This document shows positions 29,599-38,526 of a stretch of DNA of 64,000 nt, in pieces. The notes under the pieces are model-generated. The model saw only the letters and a program-made list of their open reading frames with translations, ran no database searches and was not told the DNA's origin. How positions within the stretch are numbered: position 1 is the first letter of the stretch; each line of letters begins with the position of its first letter. The position numbers were made by a program, and so were the translations under genes. Source of the DNA: an uncultured Planctomycetia bacterium. GTDB lineage: Bacteria > Omnitrophota > Gorgyraeia > 2-02-FULL-51-18. The stretch covers positions 71,519-135,518 of the forward strand of contig CAYSKO010000004.1 in the NCBI GenBank assembly GCA_964431835.1, in the 5' to 3' direction.

Positions 29599-29961
29599 TT
29601 ACGGCAGAACGTGCAGGTTCGTGCCGGCCGAGTTCGCGCAGACCGGGTTGATGCTGATCGCGCCGACCGTGTACGTCGAGGACGCGCCCGAGATCGGCTC
29701 TTCCGGAACCGCTCCGCCCTTGAGATACGCAGACATCTGCGCGGTCGTCGGGGTGGCGGTTTCGTCGAGCGGAACTTCCAGCGCGGCCTGGTCCTTCGCG
29801 GACGAGATGAGACGCATGTTGTTGATACACGTGTTGCGGCGAGCGGTCACGCGGGCCTGGACGAAGTTCGGCACCGCGATCGCGGCCAGAAGGCCGATGA
29901 TCGCCACGACGATCATGATTTCGACGAGCGTGAAGCCCATCGTATTTTTACGGATGATCAT
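29599..29961 (-). CDS. pilA: Type IVa major pilin (prepilin)
   Basis: MIIRKNTMG|FTLVEIMIVVAIIGLLAAIAVP is a class-III leader followed by the G/F cleavage site, Glu5 and the hydrophobic alpha1 helix. The C-terminal part has two Cys. I used the internal start because the 54-aa upstream extension in the track ORF is unsupported. Confidence 0.9.
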   Translation of the reverse strand: MIIRKNTMGFTLVEIMIVVAIIGLLAAIAVPNFVQARVTARRNTCINNMRLISSAKDQAALEVPLDETATPTTAQMSAYLKGGAVPEEPISGASSTYTVGAISINPVCANSAGTNLHVLP

Positions 29962-30154
29962 AGAAACACCCCTTTGTTCCCTCTCCGAACCGGAGAAGCC
30001 GTTCGAAGGGAGCTGTCCCGATAATCGAGGGGCCGGAAGTTTAGTAGGATGGCGGTTTCCGTCTTGCGCCCTCGCCTTACAATCTATTATCAGGATTCCC
30101 TTCCTTTGATCAAAGCATAACACTAGCTAACTGATTTGTCAATGGCCTTTCCAC

Positions 30155-31369
30155 TTAGTTCTGGACCAGGGTCGAGAGCTTGAAGATCGGCATGAACATA
30201 CAAATGACGATGCCGCCAATCACGATGCCTAAGAAAGCGATGACAAGGGGCTCGATGAGGCTCGTCAGAGCCGAAACGGAGGCGTCGACCTGGTCGTCGT
30301 AGAAATCGGCGATTTTGGTGAGCATCTTTTCGAGCTCGCCCGTCTGCTCGCCGACGGAGATCATGCGGACGACCAGCGGCGGGAACACCTTGCTGCGCAT
30401 GAGCGGGGTCGTGATGTTTTCGCCGTCCCGGATCGACTGCCTTACCTTCTCGATGGCGTTCTCGATGATGACGTTCCCCGAGGTCTTGCCGACGATCTCG
30501 AGCGCCTGGAGGATGGGGACGCCGGATTTGACGAGGGTCGCGAGCGTCCGGGTGAACTTGGAGACGGCCACCTTACGCAGCAGGATGCCGAAGATCGGCA
30601 TGCGGAGCTTCTGTGCGTCGAAGAAGAGCCTGCCCTTCTCGGTCTTTGCGAAGCGCTTGAGGAGCACGATGCCACCGAACGCGCCGCCCACCCAGATGAC
30701 GAAGCTCGCCAGAAGAAAGTCGCTGATGTTGATCAGGATCTGCGTCGGGAGAGGCAGCTCTCCGCCGAAATCCGCGAAGATGGATTTAAAGACCGGCACG
30801 ACCTTGAGCATGAGGACGAGCGTGATCGCCATCGCCATACAGACGACGACGGTCGGATAAACCATCGCGGATTTCACCTTGCGCACGAGATGGTCGGTCT
30901 TTTCGAGGTACGACGCCAGACGTTCCATGATGTCGTCGAGAGCACCCGAGGATTCGCCCGCTTTGACCATGTTCACGAAAAGCGGAGAGAACGCGCGCGG
31001 GTGCTTGCCGAGCGCTTCGTTGAAGCTCGAGCCGGTGGCGACGTCCTTCTTCACCTCGGCGACGATCGCCTTGAAACCCTTGTTGTCGATCTGTTCGGTC
31101 AGGATCTCGAGCGCCTGCATGAGCGGGATGCCCGAATCGATCATGGTGGCCAGCTGGCGCGAGAAAAGAACGAGTTCTTGAAGCTTGATCTTGCCGCCGC
31201 CCTTCGCCGCCTTTCCGATCTTCGCCTTCTGCTTGTCGGGCTTGAGCGTGATGACGACGAGTTCCTGTTTGCGCAGGATTTCGAGCATCGAGCGTTCGTC
31301 ATTGGCCTCCATGACCCCGGCAACCGAACGGCCGGAGCGGTCCTTGGCGGTGTAACGGTATGCGCTCAT
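30155..31369 (-). CDS. pilC: Type IV pilus platform protein PilC (GspF family)
   Basis: Two GspF repeats and three TM helices. Internal start MSAYRY. Confidence 0.9.
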   Translation of the reverse strand: MSAYRYTAKDRSGRSVAGVMEANDERSMLEILRKQELVVITLKPDKQKAKIGKAAKGGGKIKLQELVLFSRQLATMIDSGIPLMQALEILTEQIDNKGFKAIVAEVKKDVATGSSFNEALGKHPRAFSPLFVNMVKAGESSGALDDIMERLASYLEKTDHLVRKVKSAMVYPTVVVCMAMAITLVLMLKVVPVFKSIFADFGGELPLPTQILINISDFLLASFVIWVGGAFGGIVLLKRFAKTEKGRLFFDAQKLRMPIFGILLRKVAVSKFTRTLATLVKSGVPILQALEIVGKTSGNVIIENAIEKVRQSIRDGENITTPLMRSKVFPPLVVRMISVGEQTGELEKMLTKIADFYDDQVDASVSALTSLIEPLVIAFLGIVIGGIVICMFMPIFKLSTLVQN

Positions 31370-31371
31370 AA

Positions 31372-33090
31372 TTATTCGTCCTCCGAAGTGATGCGCAGGA
31401 CCTCGTCGAGCGTAGTGAGTCCCTGCGCGCATTTTCTCAGCGCGTCGTCCCGCAGGCTGGTCATACCGTTCTTCGCCGCGTGCTCGCGGATCTCGGCGGC
31501 GGAGGCCTTGCGCACGATCATGTCACGCATCGCGTCGTCGACGGTGAGCGCCTCGAGCACGCTCATGCGGCCGAAGTAACCGGTCTGATTGCATTTTTCG
31601 CACCCCTTCCCCTTCAGGAAGTTCCGCTTGGCGGGATCAGGGGCGAGTCTGTCGATGTTCACGTTCAGTCTTTCGAATACTTCCTTCGGCACTTCGATCT
31701 TCTCCTTGCAGTTCGGGCAAACCTTACGACAGAGGCGCTGGGCGCCGACCAGGACCACCGAGGAGGCGATCAGGAAGGGCTCCACGCCCATGTCCATGAG
31801 ACGCGTCATCGCGCCCGCGGCGTCATTGGTGTGGAGCGTGGATAGAACGAGCTGGCCCGTGAGCGAGGCCTTGATCGCGATGTCGGCGGTCTCGCCGTCG
31901 CGGATTTCGCCGACCATGACAACGTCGGGGCTTTGGCGAAGAATCGCTCGGAGACCGCTCGCGAAATCGAGCCCGATCTCGGCGCGCGCCTGGATCTGCG
32001 TGATGCCGCGCACCTGATATTCGATGGGGTCCTCGATCGTGATCACGTTCCTCTCCGGCGTATTGAGCTGGGAGAGGATCGAGTAAAGGGTCGTGGACTT
32101 GCCGCTTCCGGTTGGGCCGGTGATCAGGATCATACCGAAAGGCTTGGCGACCGCCTCCTGGAAGGCCTTCAGGGTGTCCGGAAAGAAGCCAAGATTCTCG
32201 AGGCCGAAGCTGAGCGCGCCCTTGTCGAGCACGCGCATGACGACCTTCGAGCCGAAATACACCGGCAGGATCGAGACGCGGAAATCGACCTCCTTCGCGG
32301 CAAGCTTCACCTTGAAACGGCCGTCTTGCGGCACGCGGTTCTCGGTGATGTCGAGTTTGGACATGATCTTGAGGCGTGTGAGGACGGCGTTCTGATTTTT
32401 CTTGGGGATCGTGAGTGCCTCTTCCAAACCGCCGTCGATGCGGTAACGCACGCGCACCGCTTTCTCGAACGGCTCGATGTGGATGTCGCTCGCACGGCGG
32501 CGCAGCGCCTCTTTCAGAATGAGATCCACGATCTTGACGACCGGGGCTTCCGAAGTCTGGGAACCGCCGCCCTCTTCGTCCCCCTTCACGACCTCCACGC
32601 TGCCGGAACCTCCGGAGGCGGCTTCCGCGATGGCGTTCATCGATTCGCCCGTGTCGCCGTAGAGCCGCTGAAGCGAGTCCGTGATGTCCTTTTCGATGCT
32701 AATGACGGCCTCGACCTTGCGGCGCGTGCAGATGGCGATGTCGTCGATGGCGAACACGTTGAACGGGTCGGACATCGCGATCGTAAGCGCGTTCCCGATC
32801 TCGGAGATCGGAACGATCTGGTGCTTGCGCGCGAGCTTCTCGGGCACGAGCCTTGAGAGCTCGGGATTGATCTTAATCTTGTTCAAATTGAGGAACGGAA
32901 TCTTGAGCTCCACCGAAACGAGCGAGAGGAGCTCGCGCTCGCTGATGAGACCCATCTTCACGAAGACGTCGCGGAGCTTGCCGCCTTCCTCCTTCGAATA
33001 CTGCGCGAGCGCGCGCTGGATGTCGGCCTCGCTGACCTTGCCCGTCTCTTTGAGGAGCTCGATGACCCGTTCCGAGAGATTCCGGCTCAC
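31372..33090 (-). CDS. pilB: Type IV pilus assembly ATPase PilB paralog 2 (GspE family, MshEN-type N-domain)
   Basis: Walker A GPTGSGKST, Asp/His boxes and a tetracysteine CxxC...CxxC. The N-terminus carries two MshEN-like 24-mer motifs. Its GTG start overlaps the stop of paralog 1 as GTGA. Confidence 0.9.
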   Translation of the reverse strand: MSRNLSERVIELLKETGKVSEADIQRALAQYSKEEGGKLRDVFVKMGLISERELLSLVSVELKIPFLNLNKIKINPELSRLVPEKLARKHQIVPISEIGNALTIAMSDPFNVFAIDDIAICTRRKVEAVISIEKDITDSLQRLYGDTGESMNAIAEAASGGSGSVEVVKGDEEGGGSQTSEAPVVKIVDLILKEALRRRASDIHIEPFEKAVRVRYRIDGGLEEALTIPKKNQNAVLTRLKIMSKLDITENRVPQDGRFKVKLAAKEVDFRVSILPVYFGSKVVMRVLDKGALSFGLENLGFFPDTLKAFQEAVAKPFGMILITGPTGSGKSTTLYSILSQLNTPERNVITIEDPIEYQVRGITQIQARAEIGLDFASGLRAILRQSPDVVMVGEIRDGETADIAIKASLTGQLVLSTLHTNDAAGAMTRLMDMGVEPFLIASSVVLVGAQRLCRKVCPNCKEKIEVPKEVFERLNVNIDRLAPDPAKRNFLKGKGCEKCNQTGYFGRMSVLEALTVDDAMRDMIVRKASAAEIREHAAKNGMTSLRDDALRKCAQGLTTLDEVLRITSEDE

Positions 33091-34853
33091 GAAAGCACCT
33101 CGTCGCGCACGGTCACGCGCATAACTTCCTCGGGAGTGGTGACGCCGGCGAAAATCTTGGCGATCCCGTTCTCGCGGAGCGTCTTCATCCCCTCGCGGCG
33201 ACCGACTTCCTTTATCTGGTATTCCTGCGCCCCTTTTAGAATGAGGGCACGAACGTCGGGAGAAAGAACGAGCGCCTCGAGGAGCACCGCGCGGCCCGAA
33301 TAACCTTTTTTTCCGCACGCGTCGCAACCGCGCCCCTTGTAGATGAGCGGCTTCTCGACTCTTTTCAATTCTTCGGGCGTGACGCCCAGCTGTTTCAGAA
33401 GCTCGGGCGACGGTTCGTAGCTTTCCTTGCAGGCGTTGCAAATCTTTCGAACGAGGCGCTGGGAACCGGCGAGCAGCACCGAGGAGGTGATGAGGAAAGG
33501 CTCGATCCCCATGTTCACAAAACGAGTGACCGCTCCGGCGGCGGTCGTCGCGTGGAGCGTGGAGAGAACCAGATGCCCGGTGAGTGCCGCCTTGATCGCA
33601 ACGTCAGCCGTTTCGCCGTCGCGGATCTCGCCAACCATGATGATGTCGGGGTCCTGGCGGAGGATCGAGCGAAGAGCGGCGGCGAACGTGAGTTTCACCT
33701 CGGAACGAATCGCGACCTGGTTGATACCTTCGATTTGAAATTCCACGGGGTCTTCCACCGTGATGATATTTTTATCGGGCGAGTCGACGAGCTTGAGAAC
33801 CGAATAGAGAGTGGTCGTTTTGCCGGCGCCGGTCGGGCCGCAGACGACGATCATGCCGTGCGGATGCTTGGACGCGTCGCGCAGCGCCTGGAGCGGCTCG
33901 GGTTCGAAGCCGAGTTTCGTGAGGTCGAGAATGGCCTGGCTCTTGTCGAGCACGCGCAGAACCACCTTCTCTCCCCAGTAGGTCGGGAGCACCGACACGC
34001 GGAAATCGACGTACTTGTCGTTCACCTTGATCTTGAAACGGCCGTCCTGGGGCACGCGGTGCTCGGCGATATCCAAATTCGACATGACCTTGATGCGCGA
34101 AACGACGCCGGAGTGCATGACTCGGTTGGTGGTGACGCCCTCCTGCAGCATGCCGTCCACGCGAAAACGCACGCGCATGCTCTTTTCCTCGGGCTCGATG
34201 AAGATGTCGCTCGCCCGACGACGGACCGCCTCGAACATGATCGAGTTCGTGAGCTTGACGACGGGCTCCTCGTCCATGAGCCGCATGAGTTCCTGCGCCG
34301 AACCCTCCTGGCTCGCGGAAGCCTCGGCTAGCTCGATAGAATCCCCACCTGCCTCCATGTCCTTGACGGCGTCCTGAAGGCTCTGCGAGACGTTTTCGCC
34401 GTGGTACTGTTCGATCGCTTCGCGGATCTCCTTCTCCCCCGCGAGCACGGGGCGGATCTGGAGCTTCGTTGCACGGCGCACATCGTCGATCGCCTGGACG
34501 TTGAGAGGGTCGGCCATCGCGAGCGTCAGGGAATCGCCAGAGCGCGAGACGGGTAGGATGCAGTAAAGATCGACGAGTTTTTTGGGCACGAGCTTCACGA
34601 TATCCGGCTCAAGCTTCATCTTCGACGGGCGCACGATGGGAACATCGAGTTCGGCCGAGAGGACTTCGAGCAGGTTCTCGCGCGAGATGTATCCGAGGCG
34701 AACGAGAATGTCCCCGATCTTTTCCTTTTTGTCCTTCTGAATCTTCAGCGCCTCTTCGAGCTTCTCCGGCGTGATGAGCCCCTTTTTAAGGAGCACGCTC
34801 CCCAGGCGCTCTTTGAGGGTGATCCGTTTGGGACCGTCGCCGTCTTTGGTCAT
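33087..34853 (-). CDS. pilB: Type IV pilus assembly ATPase PilB paralog 1 (GspE family, MshEN-type N-domain)
   Basis: Walker A GPTGAGKTT, tetracysteine, and N-terminal RLGSVLLKKGLITPEKLEEALKIQ / KIGDILVRLGYISRENLLEVL motifs. ATGA overlap with the upstream gene. Confidence 0.9.
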   Translation of the reverse strand: MTKDGDGPKRITLKERLGSVLLKKGLITPEKLEEALKIQKDKKEKIGDILVRLGYISRENLLEVLSAELDVPIVRPSKMKLEPDIVKLVPKKLVDLYCILPVSRSGDSLTLAMADPLNVQAIDDVRRATKLQIRPVLAGEKEIREAIEQYHGENVSQSLQDAVKDMEAGGDSIELAEASASQEGSAQELMRLMDEEPVVKLTNSIMFEAVRRRASDIFIEPEEKSMRVRFRVDGMLQEGVTTNRVMHSGVVSRIKVMSNLDIAEHRVPQDGRFKIKVNDKYVDFRVSVLPTYWGEKVVLRVLDKSQAILDLTKLGFEPEPLQALRDASKHPHGMIVVCGPTGAGKTTTLYSVLKLVDSPDKNIITVEDPVEFQIEGINQVAIRSEVKLTFAAALRSILRQDPDIIMVGEIRDGETADVAIKAALTGHLVLSTLHATTAAGAVTRFVNMGIEPFLITSSVLLAGSQRLVRKICNACKESYEPSPELLKQLGVTPEELKRVEKPLIYKGRGCDACGKKGYSGRAVLLEALVLSPDVRALILKGAQEYQIKEVGRREGMKTLRENGIAKIFAGVTTPEEVMRVTVRDEVLS

Positions 34854-35287
34854 GACTTGTAGCAACGCTTGATCGCCTCGTTTACGTCTGTCGCCGTGGA
34901 CACGAAAACCTGTACCTTGAGATGCGTGACCGTCTCGACGTCCTCGATCGCCGGCGCGTTGAGAGGGTTCGACATCGCGATGGTCACGACCCCGCCAATG
35001 CGGTCGACCGCGATGAGCCCGTACTGCTTGGCGACGTTCTCCGGAATCAGCTTCGCGACGTCGGTCTCGATGTCATATCCGGATAGCGGCAGAAAAGGGA
35101 AGCCGTACTGCGCCGTCAGCGCCTGCGCGATCGCTTCCTCCGTCGTGTGCCCCAGCGCCACGAGGATCTGGCCGATCAGCCCGCCCTTCTCCTTCTGGAC
35201 CCCGAGCGCTTCCGTCAAATTCTCGGGCGTGATCAACTTGCTGTCGATCAAAAGTTCCCCGAGTTGTTTCTGTATGATCTTTTTCAT
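34850..35287 (-). CDS. Stand-alone MshEN / GspE-N-terminal domain protein (putative c-di-GMP receptor)
   Basis: 145 aa with no ATPase domain. It contains the tandem motifs LGELLIDSKLITPENLTEALGVQ and LIGQILVALGHTTEEAIAQALTAQ, which match the MshEN c-di-GMP-binding consensus, plus the T2SSE_N fold remainder. Confidence 0.7.
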   Translation of the reverse strand: MKKIIQKQLGELLIDSKLITPENLTEALGVQKEKGGLIGQILVALGHTTEEAIAQALTAQYGFPFLPLSGYDIETDVAKLIPENVAKQYGLIAVDRIGGVVTIAMSNPLNAPAIEDVETVTHLKVQVFVSTATDVNEAIKRCYKS

Positions 35288-35305
35288 TCGATTCCATCGA
35301 AAGCT

Positions 35306-36412
35306 TTACCGGAACAGTGATTTTTTTGCGGGCTCCTGAGAGGTCGTCGGCTGCAGGAGACGCTCGAGTTCCTGGACGTCCGAAGAGCGGCTGTAAGCGG
35401 ACTCTCGCGTGATCTTGCCGGTGTTCACGAGCTCCGCGAGGCTCATATTGAGCGTCTTCATGCCCTCCTTCTGTCCCATCTGAATCGCCGAATAGATTTG
35501 GTGCGATTTCGAATCGCGGATCAGCGTGCGCACGGCGTTGTTCGCGAGGAGGATCTCCGGCGCAAGCGCGAGGCCCCCGCCGATCTTGCCGATCAGCTGC
35601 TGCGAGATGACCGCCTGGAGCACGAAGGACACCTGCACGCGAACCTGTTGCTGCTGATGCGCCGGGAACACGTCGATGATACGGTTGATCGACTGCACCG
35701 CGTCCGGCGTGTGCAGCGTCGCGAACACCAAGTGACCGGTTTCCGCGACGGTGAGCGCGATCTCGATCGTTTCCAAATCGCGCATTTCTCCGATCAGGAT
35801 GACGTCGGGATCCTGACGTAGGACATGCTTGAGCGCCTGGTTGAACGAATGTGTATCGGAGCCGACCTCACGCTGATTGATCGTCGCCTTCTTGTTCTTG
35901 AAGATGAACTCGATGGGATCCTCGACCGTGACGATGTGGACCTCCTGCGTCGAGTTGATGTGGTCGATCATCGCCGCGAGAGTGGTGGTCTTGCCGCTGC
36001 CGGTCGCGCCCGTGACGAGCACGAGCCCCGACGGACGGTCGGTCAGCTGTTGGGCGACATGGAGCGGGAATCCGATCTGCTCGAACGTCTTCGGATCGAA
36101 CGGCAGCGCGCGGATGGCCGCGGCGATCGCGCCTCTCTGGAAGAAGAGGTTTACGCGGAACCGGCCAAGACCGTTCACGCCGAACGAATAGTCGAGTTCG
36201 CGCTCCCGTTCGAAAATCTTGAACCGTTCCTCGGAAAGGTGCTGACGGATCAGCCGCACCATGTAGTCGTGGTTGAAGAGGTCGGGAGAAATCTCGACGA
36301 GATCCCCGTCCACGCGCATCGTCGGTTTCACGCCGTCGCCGATATGAAGATCGGAGGCGCGGCTCTTGACGGCGAATTCAAGCAGTTCTGCGAGCGTCTT
36401 TTCGGAAGCCAT
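35306..36412 (-). CDS. pilT: Twitching-motility retraction ATPase PilT
   Basis: 368 aa with Walker A GATGSGKTT, a conserved AIRALP-type motif and the PilT C-terminal region. No MshEN domain or tetracysteine. Confidence 0.92.
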   Translation of the reverse strand: MASEKTLAELLEFAVKSRASDLHIGDGVKPTMRVDGDLVEISPDLFNHDYMVRLIRQHLSEERFKIFERERELDYSFGVNGLGRFRVNLFFQRGAIAAAIRALPFDPKTFEQIGFPLHVAQQLTDRPSGLVLVTGATGSGKTTTLAAMIDHINSTQEVHIVTVEDPIEFIFKNKKATINQREVGSDTHSFNQALKHVLRQDPDVILIGEMRDLETIEIALTVAETGHLVFATLHTPDAVQSINRIIDVFPAHQQQQVRVQVSFVLQAVISQQLIGKIGGGLALAPEILLANNAVRTLIRDSKSHQIYSAIQMGQKEGMKTLNMSLAELVNTGKITRESAYSRSSDVQELERLLQPTTSQEPAKKSLFR

Positions 36413-36448
36413 CGTGTGTCCCTCTCCTTTACGGTTGTCTTCGAATCC

Positions 36449-37324
36449 TTACGCGAAGGCCTCGATGAGGTCCCCGCCCTTGCGGCGCGCCTCGGCGGCA
36501 CGGTCCCTCGCCTTGATGAAAAGCTCCTGACCGCTCACGCCATCGAGAGGATTTTCGCTGAGCCCTATCGAGAGCGACAGGCGCTCCTCCGCCGGCTCGG
36601 AGCGGAACGTCTCGGCCTTGGCGAGATCCGTCCTGATCGCCTCCAGAATCGAGATCGCCTTCTTTTTATTCTTGTCCGGAAGGATCACGGCAAATTCGTC
36701 GTTCGAGATGCGCGCCGCGCGGTCGAATTCCGCGGTGTGGCGACGCAGGATGTCGGCGATGTCCTTCAGCGTCTTTTCGGCTACCGCTTCCCCCAGCGCA
36801 TTTCGGTGCGCGTCAAAATTGAGGATGGAGAGATAAGCGAACGAGCACGGACGCTGGAAGTGGATCGCGCGCTCGATCTCTTCGTTCAGCCTCTCCCGGA
36901 TATAGGAGGCGTTGTGGAGTCCGGTTAGCTTGTCCTTCAGCGAAAGTTTTTCGACGCGGTCCAAGAGTTCGCGCGCGTTGAGCGAGATCGTACGGAGGCT
37001 CTTCGAAAGCTCCTCGATCTCGTCGTTACCCTTCATCGCGGGAACCTCGACTGAACGGCCGTCCGCCAGCTTCCTCGCGGTCGCGGCGACCGCCGCGATC
37101 GGAGTCACCATCTGTTTGGTGATCTGGTAGCCGAGGAAAGCCAGGAAACCGCTAACCCCCATGATGATGCTCACGAGCGTCAGGTCGTTGCTTTCGAACG
37201 GCCACCGGATGAAGAGCGAGGCCACGTACAAGCCCACGAGAAGCGGCAGCACCGACATGAGGCTGAAGGCCACGGCCAGCTGATATCTGATCTTCGTGGG
37301 CATGATATGGAAACCACGGGACAT
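36449..37324 (-). CDS. Membrane HAMP-GGDEF protein with degenerate active site (SNDEF)
   Basis: Two TM helices, a HAMP domain and a GGDEF fold in which GG(D/E)EF is replaced by RISNDEF. It is immediately upstream of pilT with a 36-nt gap. Confidence 0.8.
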   Translation of the reverse strand: MSRGFHIMPTKIRYQLAVAFSLMSVLPLLVGLYVASLFIRWPFESNDLTLVSIIMGVSGFLAFLGYQITKQMVTPIAAVAATARKLADGRSVEVPAMKGNDEIEELSKSLRTISLNARELLDRVEKLSLKDKLTGLHNASYIRERLNEEIERAIHFQRPCSFAYLSILNFDAHRNALGEAVAEKTLKDIADILRRHTAEFDRAARISNDEFAVILPDKNKKKAISILEAIRTDLAKAETFRSEPAEERLSLSIGLSENPLDGVSGQELFIKARDRAAEARRKGGDLIEAFA

Positions 37325-37347
37325 AGTTTTGTCCTTTCTTGATTAAA

Positions 37348-37376
37348 ATAATATACTATATGTTAAAATTAGTCAA
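37348..37376 (-). promoter_or_regulatory. sigma70-type promoter for the GGDEF-pilT-pilB-pilC transcription unit (TTGACT-N17-TATTAT)
   Basis: AT-rich 84-nt gap. The minus strand reads TTGACT aattttaacatatagta TATTAT, followed by an AGGA RBS 8 nt before the ATG. Confidence 0.5.
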
Positions 37377-37407
37377 TATCGTTTAAAAAGATAGGAAACG
37401 GGGCTGT

Positions 37408-38526
37408 TTAGAAGAGGGGGCGGTGCATTTTGACGTTGAGGAGGATGGAGACGGAAAACATCGTCACGAGGACCGACGTTCCTCCGTAACTCACGAGAGG
37501 CAAAGGAACTCCGACGACTGGCAGGAGGCCCATCGTCATGCCGAGATTGATCACCGCCTGGCTGCCGATCAGCGTCGTGATGCCGCACGCGAGTTGGCTT
37601 CCGAAACGGTCCGGCGTTTCCCCGGCGATGTCGTAGCCTTTCTTGACGAGCAGTCCGAAAAGAAAGATGAGAGCGACCGAAGCGATAAAGCCGCCCTCCT
37701 CCCCCACTACCCCGAAGATGAAATCCGTGTGACGCTCGGGAAGGAACGCCAGGCGGTTCTGGGTGCCTCCCATAAATCCTTTGCCGAAGAAACCCCCCGA
37801 GCCGATCGCGATTTTCGACTGGTTGATCGTGTAGCCCGCGCCGAGAGGGTCCGCATTCGGATTCACGAACACCATGAGCCTCGCCTTCTGATAATCCTTC
37901 AGCGTGTGAAAAAGGATTGGCGTCATGAGAAGGCCTGCGCCGATGATGATCGCGAGATATTTTTTACGGAAACCCCAGAGGTAAAGCATCGAAAAAAGGG
38001 CGGGCAGGAGCAGAAGGCCGGTTCCGAGATCCGGCTGTTTCAAAATGAGGAGGAACGGCACGCCGACGATGGCGAACGGAGCGAAGAGTTTTCTCTTCGA
38101 TAGATATTCCGGCCGGTTCGCGGCGAAAAAGCGTGCCAAGACCAGAATGACGCCGATTTTCGCGATCTCGGATGGCTGGATGTTGAACCCGCCGAAACCG
38201 ATCCAGCGCCGCGCTCCCAGACGCGCCGGCATGAAGAACACCGCAACCAGGAGAACAAGGCTCCCGAGATAAATCGGCCACGCGACGTCCTGGAGCTTGA
38301 AGTAGTCCGTCCGGAGCGCCAGAAATGCGACCAGGATTCCGACGCCCATCCACATCACCTGCTTCATCGCCAGGGTCTGGTCGAACGTCTGATTCGTCTT
38401 GAACGAGGCGCTGTAGATGGAAAGGATACCTATCAAGAAAATCGCAATCGGCGCGAAGAAGAGCATTTTGTCGAAATGCCTTAAATCGAAGCGCTTTCTC
38501 ACAGGTATCCGGCTCCCTTCAGCCAT
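37408..38526 (-). CDS. rodA: Rod shape-determining protein RodA (SEDS family)
   Basis: 10-TM FtsW/RodA/SpoVE signature with PLPLVSYGGTS near the C-terminus. Confidence 0.9.
   Translation of the reverse strand: MAEGSRIPVRKRFDLRHFDKMLFFAPIAIFLIGILSIYSASFKTNQTFDQTLAMKQVMWMGVGILVAFLALRTDYFKLQDVAWPIYLGSLVLLVAVFFMPARLGARRWIGFGGFNIQPSEIAKIGVILVLARFFAANRPEYLSKRKLFAPFAIVGVPFLLILKQPDLGTGLLLLPALFSMLYLWGFRKKYLAIIIGAGLLMTPILFHTLKDYQKARLMVFVNPNADPLGAGYTINQSKIAIGSGGFFGKGFMGGTQNRLAFLPERHTDFIFGVVGEEGGFIASVALIFLFGLLVKKGYDIAGETPDRFGSQLACGITTLIGSQAVINLGMTMGLLPVVGVPLPLVSYGGTSVLVTMFSVSILLNVKMHRPLF

Noticed and set aside
29962-30154. Expected a sigma54 (GG-N10-GC) promoter upstream of pilA, as in many type IVa pilin genes.
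   Set aside because: Manual scan of the 190-nt region on the transcribed strand found no TGGCAC-N5-TTGC-like box. Only a sigma70-like TTGACA-N17-TATGCT element was found. A degenerate RpoN site cannot be excluded without a PWM scan.
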